Below are positions 55,858-64,000 of a stretch of DNA of 64,000 nucleotides, in pieces (position 1 is the stretch's first letter; the number at the start of each line of letters is the position of its first letter). The notes under the pieces are model-generated. The model made no database searches. It had not been told where the DNA came from and saw only the letters and a program-made list of their open reading frames with translations. The stretch is taken from contig JBMOKV010000435.1 in assembly GCA_049325495.1 (NCBI GenBank), forward strand, positions 12,124-76,123. Direction: 5' to 3'. The position numbers and the translations under genes were made by a program. This DNA comes from Candidatus Rifleibacteriota bacterium. GTDB lineage: Bacteria > Muiribacteriota > Ozemobacteria > Ozemobacterales > Ozemobacteraceae.

Positions 55858-57132
55858 ATGGTTGGTCCTGACGGAAGAGAGTGTAAGCTGATTCTGGTGT
55901 TGAACTGCGGCAGTTCTTCGTTGAAATACGATGTTATAAGAATGCCGCATCGGCAGAGTCTTGGCAAAGGCCTGGTAGAAAGAATCGGCGAAGAAAAGGG
56001 GATGCTCGAACAGAAAGCCGGCGAAAAAAAGCTGGTAATCGAGCAGCATATCAGTGACCATAAAGAAGCGCTTGAACTGGTTATCAGGGCTCTTACCGAT
56101 GTCGATGAAGGTCTGATCAGTTCAATCGATGAGATTGCCGGAATAGGCCACCGGGTCGTTCATGGCGGTGATAAATATGCTTCATCAGTTACCATAGATG
56201 AAGACGTCATCGGGGCTATCGAAGAATTTATCGAGCTTGCTCCGTTGCACAATCCGCCAAATCTCGCCGGGATAAAGGTTGCTCGCGAAGTTTTGCCAAA
56301 AGTGCCGCAAGTTGCGGTTTTTGATACGGCTTTTCATCAGACGATGCCGCCACATGCTTATCTGTATGGGCTTCCCCGCAAATTTTACGATGAATTCAAA
56401 ATCCGGCGATATGGTTTTCATGGTACTTCCCATCGCTTCGTTTCGGCACGGGCACTTCACATATGCAGAAGGCACCCGACCAATACCAACCTGATTTCCT
56501 GCCATCTCGGCAACGGCGCGTCGATTACCGCAATCGCTCATGGAAAATCCATCGATACTTCTATGGGTTTTACGCCGCTTGAAGGTTTGATCATGGGTAC
56601 CAGATCAGGCGATCTCGATCCGGCAATTTTTGCATATCTTATCGACCGGGGCTATACTTCCAAAGAGCTGGTGAACATTCTCAACAAAAAGAGCGGTCTG
56701 CTCGGCCTTTCTGGAATTTCCAACGATCTGCGCGACCTTGAATCGGAAGCCGAGAAGGGAAACCAGCTGGCGAAAGAAGCCTTAAGCAGCTATGCTTATC
56801 GGGTTAGAAAGTATATTGGAGCCTACGCCGCCAATCTTGTTAAGCTGGATATTCTGGTTTTTACCGGTGGAATTGGCCAGAACGGCTGGAGAATGCGCGA
56901 GCGTATCTGCCATCGTCTCGAAAACCTGGGAATCTGCATGGATTTCAGGCTCAACAAGGAAAAAGGCTGTAAAGAAGGCGTGGTTTCAGAAGCCTATTCG
57001 CCGGTGACGATCGTGGTCATTCCAACTAACGAAGAACTGCAGATCGCCATTGACGTTTATGAACTGGCGTTTGGCGGCGATGAAGAATACCGGCGCCGCT
57101 CATCTGACCATCTGGTCGGTTTCGAAGAGTGA
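55858..57132 (+). CDS. ackA: acetate kinase
   Basis: N-terminal KLILVLNCGSSSLKY. The start was chosen at the Met preceded by an AGGGAGA RBS. Full ASKHA-fold length. Confidence 0.85.
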   Translation: MVGPDGRECKLILVLNCGSSSLKYDVIRMPHRQSLGKGLVERIGEEKGMLEQKAGEKKLVIEQHISDHKEALELVIRALTDVDEGLISSIDEIAGIGHRVVHGGDKYASSVTIDEDVIGAIEEFIELAPLHNPPNLAGIKVAREVLPKVPQVAVFDTAFHQTMPPHAYLYGLPRKFYDEFKIRRYGFHGTSHRFVSARALHICRRHPTNTNLISCHLGNGASITAIAHGKSIDTSMGFTPLEGLIMGTRSGDLDPAIFAYLIDRGYTSKELVNILNKKSGLLGLSGISNDLRDLESEAEKGNQLAKEALSSYAYRVRKYIGAYAANLVKLDILVFTGGIGQNGWRMRERICHRLENLGICMDFRLNKEKGCKEGVVSEAYSPVTIVVIPTNEELQIAIDVYELAFGGDEEYRRRSSDHLVGFEE

Positions 57133-57740
57133 CCCAAACCTTAAGTTATTACGAAAAACACGCGGTCGAGCTTTGCGCCCGTTACGAGAGCGCCCGGCTC
57201 GACAGCTTTTATGAGGCGCTTTTCAATTACTTTTTTCCCGGTGCCCGCCTGCTTGAAGTAGGCTGTGGTTCTGGCCGCGATGCCGCAAAAGCCATGTCGC
57301 AGGGGTATCTGATCGAAGCCGTCGATGGCTCTCAAAATCTGCTTGAAGAGGCGGTCAGACTTCATCCGGAGCTGCAAAGCCACCTGCATTTTCTCAGACT
57401 TCCCGCACCTCTTCCTTTTAAAGATCACCAATTCGACGGATTTTATTCGGTTGCCTGCCTCATGCACTTTGCTGATGAAGAAATCGCGGAAATCCTGACC
57501 GAATTGCATCGGGTACTGGTTCCGGGTGGACGCGGACTGGTTTCCGTTCCGGCGCGGCGCGACGATGTGAGTCACGAAGGAATCGATGAGCACGGCCGCA
57601 TTTTTAACGTCATGCCCGCCGAATTATGGGTCGAGATGTTCAGAAAGCAAGGATTTGCCGCCAGACCAGGCCGAGAAGAGCCTGATGGGGCTGGCCGCGA
57701 TGGCATAAGCTGGATCAGCTATTTTCTCGAAAAAATCTGA
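57129..57740 (+). CDS. class I SAM-dependent methyltransferase
   Basis: Motif I LLEVGCGSGRDA. Overlaps the ackA stop by 4 bp. Confidence 0.7.
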   Translation: MTQTLSYYEKHAVELCARYESARLDSFYEALFNYFFPGARLLEVGCGSGRDAAKAMSQGYLIEAVDGSQNLLEEAVRLHPELQSHLHFLRLPAPLPFKDHQFDGFYSVACLMHFADEEIAEILTELHRVLVPGGRGLVSVPARRDDVSHEGIDEHGRIFNVMPAELWVEMFRKQGFAARPGREEPDGAGRDGISWISYFLEKI

Positions 57741-57997
57741 AACATTACCAACCTTGAATTGCAGTGCCCGCAAAGATTCGGTTGACCCCGCAGAAAAACC
57801 GTGCATCTTTTTAGAAATGAAAAATGTTTATGATTTTGCACGGCCTGAAGCCTGCGCGAGGCTGACAAATGCTGAAAACACTGGTTGCACTTGCCTTACT
57901 AATTTTTCTTCCTGTGTCTGATCATAATCCCGATTCTGTTGATATACCCAATATTCGTAGGGGCCGACCTACGTGTCGGCCCGCCTCAGGAGTTACA

Positions 57998-60073
57998 ATG
58001 AACAAATCAATCACCGAAAATCGTCTGGCAGAATCGAACAGCCCTTACCTTCTTCAGCACAAGAAAAACCCGGTCAGATGGTACGAGTGGGGTGAACAGG
58101 CTTTTAAAGCTGCTGCTGAAAAAGATCGGCTCATTTTTCTCAGTATTGGCTACTCAACCTGTCATTGGTGCCACGTAATGGCCCACGAATCTTTCGAAGA
58201 TGAAGAAGTCGCGAAAATTTTAAATGAAAATTTTATTTCAGTAAAAGTCGACCGCGAAGAACGCCCCGATATCGACAAAATCTACATGGATGTTTGTCAG
58301 ATTATGACGGGCAGCGGCGGATGGCCGCTTACGATCATCATGACTGCTGATAAAACGCCGATTTTTGCTGGCACTTACTTTCCGAAACTGTCAAAATATG
58401 GCCGCCCCGGGTTGATTGATATTCTTAAAATCATTGACGACAAATGGAAAAATCAGCGAAAGCAGATTATCGATCAGGCAGAAAAAATTGCTCAGGCAGT
58501 GGCGGTAGAGAATATTCCCCCCGAAGTCAGTCTGGTTCCACAGATTGGAATTGCTGCCGCCATCAATATTTCCCGGTCTTATGATCGCAGATATGGTGGT
58601 TTTTCCAGCGCACCAAAATTCCCCATGGGGCATCAGCTGATGTTTCTGGCTCGCCAGGCGGCAAGAAACAGTGATAAAGAGCTGCTTGCCAAAGTAGAAC
58701 ACAGCTTTCTTGCCATGTACCACGGTGGACTTTTCGATCAGGTCGGTTTTGGTTTTTGCCGCTACAGTACTGACGAAAAATGGATGGTACCGCATTTTGA
58801 AAAGATGCTGTATGACAACGCCCTGTTGATTATGGCTGCGGTTGAGCTGTATCAGCTAACCTGGCGACCAGTTTTTGCTGAGGCGGTTTCACGGGTTTTT
58901 GCCTATCTGCAGCGCGACCTTACCGATGGAGAGGGCGGTTTTTTCAGCGCCGAAGATGCTGACAGTGAAGGACACGAGGGAAAATTCTACGTTTTTTCAG
59001 TCGAAGAATTTGATGAAATTGCTGGCTCCGATGCCCTTCTGATGCGTCGTTATTTCGGGGTAACCGACGGCGGAAACTTTGAGTCGATGAATCATTTGAA
59101 TATCAGCGTCTGGCCAGAAGAATTCTGTCCCCGCGAGCAACTTGATCTCGATTCATTTTTGCAGAAGGTTGAAAATCTTCGTCTTAAACTTCTGGAAGCA
59201 CGCGATAAGCGGGTTCGACCATCACTCGACGACAAAATTCTGACCGCCTGGAATGGCTTGATGATCAATGCCCTTGCCGATGCCGGGCGTATTCTTTCGC
59301 GCGACGATATGATCGAGGCTGCGCGCCGCAGCGCCGATTTTATTCTGAAAAATCTAAGAACCTGTGATGGTAAACTGTTAAGATCATGGCGCAAAGGTAA
59401 GGCATCGATTAATGCCTTTCTGGAAGATTATGTTTTTTTGACTGCCGGTTTGCTGGCTCTTTATAATGCCTGTCACCAGCCTGAATATCTTGAGGCCGCC
59501 TTGAGTCTGCACAATCAGGTTCTGCAGAACTTTGCCGGCGCAGAACGGGGTGTTTTCTATGAAACAGCTACTGGTGCCGAGGCTCTTCCCGTAAGGCCTT
59601 ACAACCAGTATGACGGGGCCATGCCCTCGTCACCGGCCCAGTTGGCGATTAATGCCATACAGATTGGCCACCTGACCGGAATTTCCGATCATATTGAAAT
59701 CGCTTCGGCAATAATCGAACGGGCCGGACAATTGATCAAGCAGGCTTCTTCAGGCTTTACCCGGCATTTGACCGCATTCGATCTTCTGGTAAACCCGCCG
59801 GCTAATATTGTGCTTTTTGCTGGATCCCATGAAGCTGAAGAAATGATCAGGGCGGTTAATCAGCATTGGTTGCCGGGAATGTCACTGGTGGTCATCAGAA
59901 ATGAGGCGGAAAAAGACGCTATCGAATCAATCTTGCCAGCTGTAACTGAGATGAAACCTGAAAAAATGCCGGAAGCAAGAGTGTGTGAGGGTTTCAAGTG
60001 TCTTGCGCCAGTTCACGATGCGAAAAGTCTTGAAAAAATTTTAAGCAAACAATTGTTTAAAACTATTGACTAA
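57998..60073 (+). CDS. thioredoxin-domain protein of the DUF255/YyaL family (thioredoxin + six-hairpin glycosidase-like domain)
   Basis: YLLQHKKNPVRWYEWGEQAF...IGYSTCHWCHVM...VKVDREERPDID is the DUF255 thioredoxin-like signature. The start was chosen at the Met after an AGGAG RBS. The ORF is open from 57869. Confidence 0.8.
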   Translation: MNKSITENRLAESNSPYLLQHKKNPVRWYEWGEQAFKAAAEKDRLIFLSIGYSTCHWCHVMAHESFEDEEVAKILNENFISVKVDREERPDIDKIYMDVCQIMTGSGGWPLTIIMTADKTPIFAGTYFPKLSKYGRPGLIDILKIIDDKWKNQRKQIIDQAEKIAQAVAVENIPPEVSLVPQIGIAAAINISRSYDRRYGGFSSAPKFPMGHQLMFLARQAARNSDKELLAKVEHSFLAMYHGGLFDQVGFGFCRYSTDEKWMVPHFEKMLYDNALLIMAAVELYQLTWRPVFAEAVSRVFAYLQRDLTDGEGGFFSAEDADSEGHEGKFYVFSVEEFDEIAGSDALLMRRYFGVTDGGNFESMNHLNISVWPEEFCPREQLDLDSFLQKVENLRLKLLEARDKRVRPSLDDKILTAWNGLMINALADAGRILSRDDMIEAARRSADFILKNLRTCDGKLLRSWRKGKASINAFLEDYVFLTAGLLALYNACHQPEYLEAALSLHNQVLQNFAGAERGVFYETATGAEALPVRPYNQYDGAMPSSPAQLAINAIQIGHLTGISDHIEIASAIIERAGQLIKQASSGFTRHLTAFDLLVNPPANIVLFAGSHEAEEMIRAVNQHWLPGMSLVVIRNEAEKDAIESILPAVTEMKPEKMPEARVCEGFKCLAPVHDAKSLEKILSKQLFKTID

Positions 60074-60713
60074 AAATTAGCACCATTGCCACGATGAACC
60101 CGAAAATTGCGCCGATCATCATAATGGCAAGAATAATACCACTGCTGAATTCTCTAGCCGTATCTTTTGCTGACCAGTCATGGTAAAGGGCACTTATCTG
60201 GCCGTTTGATTTATCGATCACCGTTACTTTTTCTTCCTGTGCCGCAAAGAATGGCAATTGTGCAAAATCTGAAAATCTCTGTCCCAGCCGGTTCACTTTT
60301 ATTGGATCACGGTCGTGCCAGTCACTCAATCTAATTTTTGCCTGGTCATGTTTCCGGGCAAACAGTGCATAAGTCCACCAGGTGCGAATCTTGTCGCGGT
60401 TTTGTCGCCCCTGAACATAGAAAGCAGAAATATCGGCGAATCGGCAGACTTCTGCTCTTTTTTGCCATGGGCCCACCTGGTAAATCATCTGAATCGAGCG
60501 GTCGTCAACCGAAAGGCACAATTCACATGAAAAATTTAACAAAAGCCAGAATCCGGCAAGAAAATAGAAGGTGCTGATGCCAAGAAGCAGCAGAGCAGGA
60601 AACCCGCCGCCCTGATAAAACCAGGCTGCAAAAGCGAGTGCCGCGAGCAGATCGACAAAACATGCCGGAAAAAGAAAATCTTGAATCGGGCTGTGAAATG
60701 GGCTTTTTTCCAT
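60063..60713 (-). CDS. hypothetical membrane protein
   Basis: 216 aa. Two N-terminal and one C-terminal hydrophobic helices. Confidence 0.5.
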   Translation of the reverse strand: MEKSPFHSPIQDFLFPACFVDLLAALAFAAWFYQGGGFPALLLLGISTFYFLAGFWLLLNFSCELCLSVDDRSIQMIYQVGPWQKRAEVCRFADISAFYVQGRQNRDKIRTWWTYALFARKHDQAKIRLSDWHDRDPIKVNRLGQRFSDFAQLPFFAAQEEKVTVIDKSNGQISALYHDWSAKDTAREFSSGIILAIMMIGAIFGFIVAMVLIFSQ

Positions 60714-60798
60714 ACAGGTATTTTAGCAGATTTTTCCATGATTGATCGGGTAACAGATTATTTGTGATAAAATCAGATAAACAATTGATGCAGGGAAT

Positions 60799-61254
60799 GT
60801 GATGAAATTTGTTAAAGCATGTGTGGAAGACCTGAATGAGCTGATAGCTTTTGAAAAGACTGTGTTCAAGCGTCCTGAGGATCAATTCAATAAAAGAGTT
60901 CTGCGTCATCTCATGGTTTCGCCTACCTCGCTGACTCTGCTGGTGAGAGATGATGACGGCAGGCTGATCGGTGAAGTGATCGGGTTGATCCGCAATTTTA
61001 AAGTGCCATCCGGCAGAGTGTATAAAATCGGGGTTGCCGGCGATATCAGACATAAAGGCCTGGGAACCACACTCCTGCTCGAAATTGAGAACTGGTTCAA
61101 AAAAATGGGTATGAAAAAGACCACCGCTGAGGTGCGTGAAGGCAACAAGCCCTCGCGGCGAATGTTTGAAAAGAACGGATACAGCGAAACCGACTATCTG
61201 CCCTTTTATTACGCCAATGGCGAAGCCGCAATCAAATACTGGAAATCATTCTAA
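60799..61254 (+). CDS. GNAT-family N-acetyltransferase
   Basis: Acetyl-CoA binding motif IGVAGDIRHKGLGTTLL. Confidence 0.75.
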   Translation: MMKFVKACVEDLNELIAFEKTVFKRPEDQFNKRVLRHLMVSPTSLTLLVRDDDGRLIGEVIGLIRNFKVPSGRVYKIGVAGDIRHKGLGTTLLLEIENWFKKMGMKKTTAEVREGNKPSRRMFEKNGYSETDYLPFYYANGEAAIKYWKSF

Positions 61255-61335
61255 AACAAATTCAGAGCAGCGAAAAGCTGCTCCGAGAATTGATTCGGGA
61301 GGAATGAGACCGGAACCCGGAATTTAAACGAGCGG

Positions 61336-62283
61336 TCAGGCCGTTTCGGCGACTTTGAACAGCTGGTTCAGTTCCTGGCTCGGTTGAGATTCGGTTTCTT
61401 TGGCTGCATTCTTGCGATTGAACAGACTTTCAAACATCTGTTGCCTGAATTTTTCCGTGTAATCGATGAACTTTTTCAGGAAATCCTGGTAATTATCCTG
61501 AGGTATGAGCAGATCAGGCTTGAAAACCAGTTTGATCATTCCAGGTTTCGAGCTGTCTTCCTTTTCGGCAGCAGCTTCACCGGATTCTGCAGCGGGCAGA
61601 GCGGCAGCTCCCTCTTCTGCTGCGACTGCATCTTCAGCAGGAGCTTCAAATCCGTTCAAAGCCAGCTCTCTGGCATTTTCCACGTCGGCAAAAAAAGCGG
61701 TGGCCTGCTTCTGCATCTGATCTTTGATCTGATCAAAGGCCCCACCAGCTTCTCCGTAGGTTTTTTCAAGTTCATTGAAAAAATCTTCAGTTTCACCCAG
61801 GAAATTTTCGAGGGCTTCGGGGCTCAGATCGGCCAGGCCTTCAACGGCATCGAAGAATTCATTGGTAGTTTCGGGAGACACATTCAGGGCGCTGTCGGTA
61901 TTTTTGAAAAATGAACCCACACCGTCGATTTTAAGATCAAAGCTGCCGGCAAAAGTTTCGGCAACCGATCCACTCAATTCGGCGAAGCGTTCTGCACCTG
62001 ACTGACCCATTCTTGCTTCGACTTTGCTCGAAAGCTCATAGAACAGATTGAACTGAAACGAAATATTGAATTCGCCATTAGCGGGTAAAGTGGCATTGGT
62101 CGGGGCTTCAGTGGCCGTGGGCGCTGATTTTTCGAAAGTATCGCGCTCAAGCCTGGGTTTGGCCGGAAGTTCGCCGGTGGCAGCCGCCTTGTCTGTGCCC
62201 TTTTCGAAAAGCTGGTTGAGCTTTTCCAGTCTTGACCATCCTTGGTCTACGGGGAATTGGATATTCATATTGCCTCCTTGCAA
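61336..62283 (-). CDS. hypothetical acidic protein
   Basis: 315 aa, Glu/Ala/Phe-rich, no signal peptide. Confidence 0.5.
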   Translation of the reverse strand: MQGGNMNIQFPVDQGWSRLEKLNQLFEKGTDKAAATGELPAKPRLERDTFEKSAPTATEAPTNATLPANGEFNISFQFNLFYELSSKVEARMGQSGAERFAELSGSVAETFAGSFDLKIDGVGSFFKNTDSALNVSPETTNEFFDAVEGLADLSPEALENFLGETEDFFNELEKTYGEAGGAFDQIKDQMQKQATAFFADVENARELALNGFEAPAEDAVAAEEGAAALPAAESGEAAAEKEDSSKPGMIKLVFKPDLLIPQDNYQDFLKKFIDYTEKFRQQMFESLFNRKNAAKETESQPSQELNQLFKVAETA

Positions 62284-62534
62284 TGAATGGGCCTTTTTAA
62301 CCCTGTCTGTTAATTCTATCGACGCAATTTGTCATGAAATTTACGGCGAAAATAGACGTAATTCACTAATTTGCCTGAAATAATGCCAATAATTGAATCA
62401 CCAAATGATAAAAAGTCTGATTTTCTTTGATTTATGCCGTATTTGGCTTTGGCAATAGAAGCGAACCCAAAGAAAGCAAAATCAATTCCATGAGCCATAC
62501 CCAAAAGATTTGCAAAAAAGTGCTCACCCTTAGG

Positions 62535-63887
62535 TCATTTACTCTCTGATTCATCGGTTTCAGCGATATCTTCTTCGGCCTCGTCAGAAGATCCAGTCTC
62601 TTGTGATTCTGGTTTCTCGGGCTTTTCTAAGTGTTTTTCAGGATTGTAAATTCTGTCGAAAAGTTCTGAATAACTTGAAAATTGGCTGAAATCGCCGTCG
62701 AGTGCCAGCATGATCCGCATATATTCATCTTCAAAGCTGACTTCATTTTCTTTGTCGGGATTGTTGGCGGCTTTGTGCTTGAACTGCTGCTGTAACAACG
62801 AAAAAATGACACCAAGATGCTCTTTTAGACTGAATTTACCGGTCTGCTGCGGGTTTAAATCGCGTTCAGGAAATTCTTTTTCAGCGGCCAGGACAATGTG
62901 AAAGCGGTTTTTATCAACGGCCATCGCCATTTTTTCAATTTCTTCGAGGTGGGCACTGACTGCCTCCTTGATTTTAACAGCGAAAAAGACCAGCTGGTGA
63001 TGATAATCTTCAAGTTTGTTCTGGCTGTCATCGAGAAGGGTGACAACACGTGCCATTCTTGTTGCAAATCTGACACGGCTTTCAGTAGAAATCTGGTGCA
63101 GATAACTGGTTTGAACTGCAGCGCCATCGAGAATGAGGCGATGCTGCGCGCAGATCGTCTGAAATCTGGCAATCTGGGCCAAAATCATCGCCATCAACTC
63201 ACGACTGTGGCTGCGAATCGCATTATGCAGCTCAGAAAGGCGGGTGCGCCGGTCAATAAGCGTTTGATAATCTTCAAGCTGCCGATTCAGCCCCGTAAGA
63301 AAGTTCTCGGCAACCGCAAGCGCTTTTCGCCCACTTTCCAGCTCAATCTCAAGAGCAACCAGCGCTTCAATAGTGCTGATCTGATCCTTTGCCAGCCGTG
63401 CCATCAAAATCCTGGTCAGAGAAACACTGCTTCTGATGTGGCTTTGCAGCAGCCTTGGCAGAACACAAAGTCCCGAATACATATTGCAGAAACCAGGATC
63501 ACGCAGTAGAAGCTCTGTTTCACTGCGCAACACCCGCGAACTTTTTCCGGTCAGGGAAATGGCCAGCCCGACCCTGCGCTTCTGCGCCACCTTGTCATGC
63601 AGCAGCCAGTTGAGCGGCAATAGCCTGGCCAGCTCGGCTTCTTCGCCGCCAGCCCATGGATTGATCAGAGCTTTTTCAGGCTCAACCGGTGCCAGAGCCT
63701 CGCTGTTTTCCGATGATCCCTCATCGGCGGGTTCTTCACTCTCCGAAATCTCTTCTGCCGCACTTGCAACAGCGCTTTCAGAGAGTGCCTCGATTGCCAC
63801 ACCCGAGGTGGCAACGGTTTCCTCAGCACCCGCCACCGGCAGGCACAAAAATAGAATGAAAGCTGCTGAAAGTAAGCGTTTTGACAT
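62535..63887 (-). CDS. hypothetical secreted protein
   Basis: 450 aa. Signal peptide. Acidic N-terminal and C-terminal tails. Confidence 0.5.
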   Translation of the reverse strand: MSKRLLSAAFILFLCLPVAGAEETVATSGVAIEALSESAVASAAEEISESEEPADEGSSENSEALAPVEPEKALINPWAGGEEAELARLLPLNWLLHDKVAQKRRVGLAISLTGKSSRVLRSETELLLRDPGFCNMYSGLCVLPRLLQSHIRSSVSLTRILMARLAKDQISTIEALVALEIELESGRKALAVAENFLTGLNRQLEDYQTLIDRRTRLSELHNAIRSHSRELMAMILAQIARFQTICAQHRLILDGAAVQTSYLHQISTESRVRFATRMARVVTLLDDSQNKLEDYHHQLVFFAVKIKEAVSAHLEEIEKMAMAVDKNRFHIVLAAEKEFPERDLNPQQTGKFSLKEHLGVIFSLLQQQFKHKAANNPDKENEVSFEDEYMRIMLALDGDFSQFSSYSELFDRIYNPEKHLEKPEKPESQETGSSDEAEEDIAETDESESK

Positions 63888-64000
63888 AAAGAAAAACCCC
63901 GGCAGATAACTTATATTGTCACCAATTATAAGCTTCTCTGCCGGGAAACTTCAAGCAATAATGAGCCTGAAGCGGGGAATATTGAGAATGAAACGGATCC

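Noticed and set aside
61384-63509. Plus-strand ORFs of 176 aa and 203 aa
   Set aside because: Both lie antisense within the longer minus-strand ORFs 61336-62283 and 62535-63887. Low-complexity composition.

Overview
This 64-kb window looks like chromosomal DNA from a Gram-negative bacterium. GC content is roughly 50%, but by eye it varies strongly between regions. I can support about 55 coding genes and one tRNA-Gly(CCC). The recognisable core is: asnB (about 75% identical to E. coli AsnB at the N-terminus), ackA, a MarR-regulated RND/TolC-type efflux operon, and an LPS/O-antigen-type glycan cluster (GT1 glycosyltransferase, Wzy_C-family ligase or polymerase, two methyltransferases, a flippase-like protein and an AsnB-like amidotransferase). 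There is also an ECF sigma factor with a zinc-finger anti-sigma factor, several secreted proteases (two S9, one C11-like, one VanX-like D-Ala-D-Ala dipeptidase) and a B12-binding radical-SAM enzyme. The most unusual part is a roughly 15-kb minus-strand gene array at 38.1-53.1 kb. It has two tandem paralogous ~970-aa sensor(TM)-HAMP-PP2C phosphatases of the RsbU/SpoIIE class, a STAS-domain anti-sigma-factor antagonist with no kinase visible, two prepilin-type pseudopilins, a glycine-zipper Ser/Thr-rich secreted protein, a HEAT-repeat membrane protein, a 730-aa membrane-anchored protein and a clan-CD protease. I read this as a candidate uncharacterised surface or secretion module under partner-switching control. 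Other notable items: a membrane-anchored NadD-like adenylyltransferase fused to a PNP/MTA-nucleosidase-like domain; a degraded integration site at the tRNA-Gly (Fic-type wHTH remnant, then a zinc-ribbon/2TM protein plus a Pol-beta nucleotidyltransferase); a low-GC operon encoding a 1093-aa membrane-anchored protein flanked by zinc-ribbon proteins; and a pair of structured 41-bp palindromic repeats after asnB. I found no CRISPR array, rRNA, transposase or integrase.
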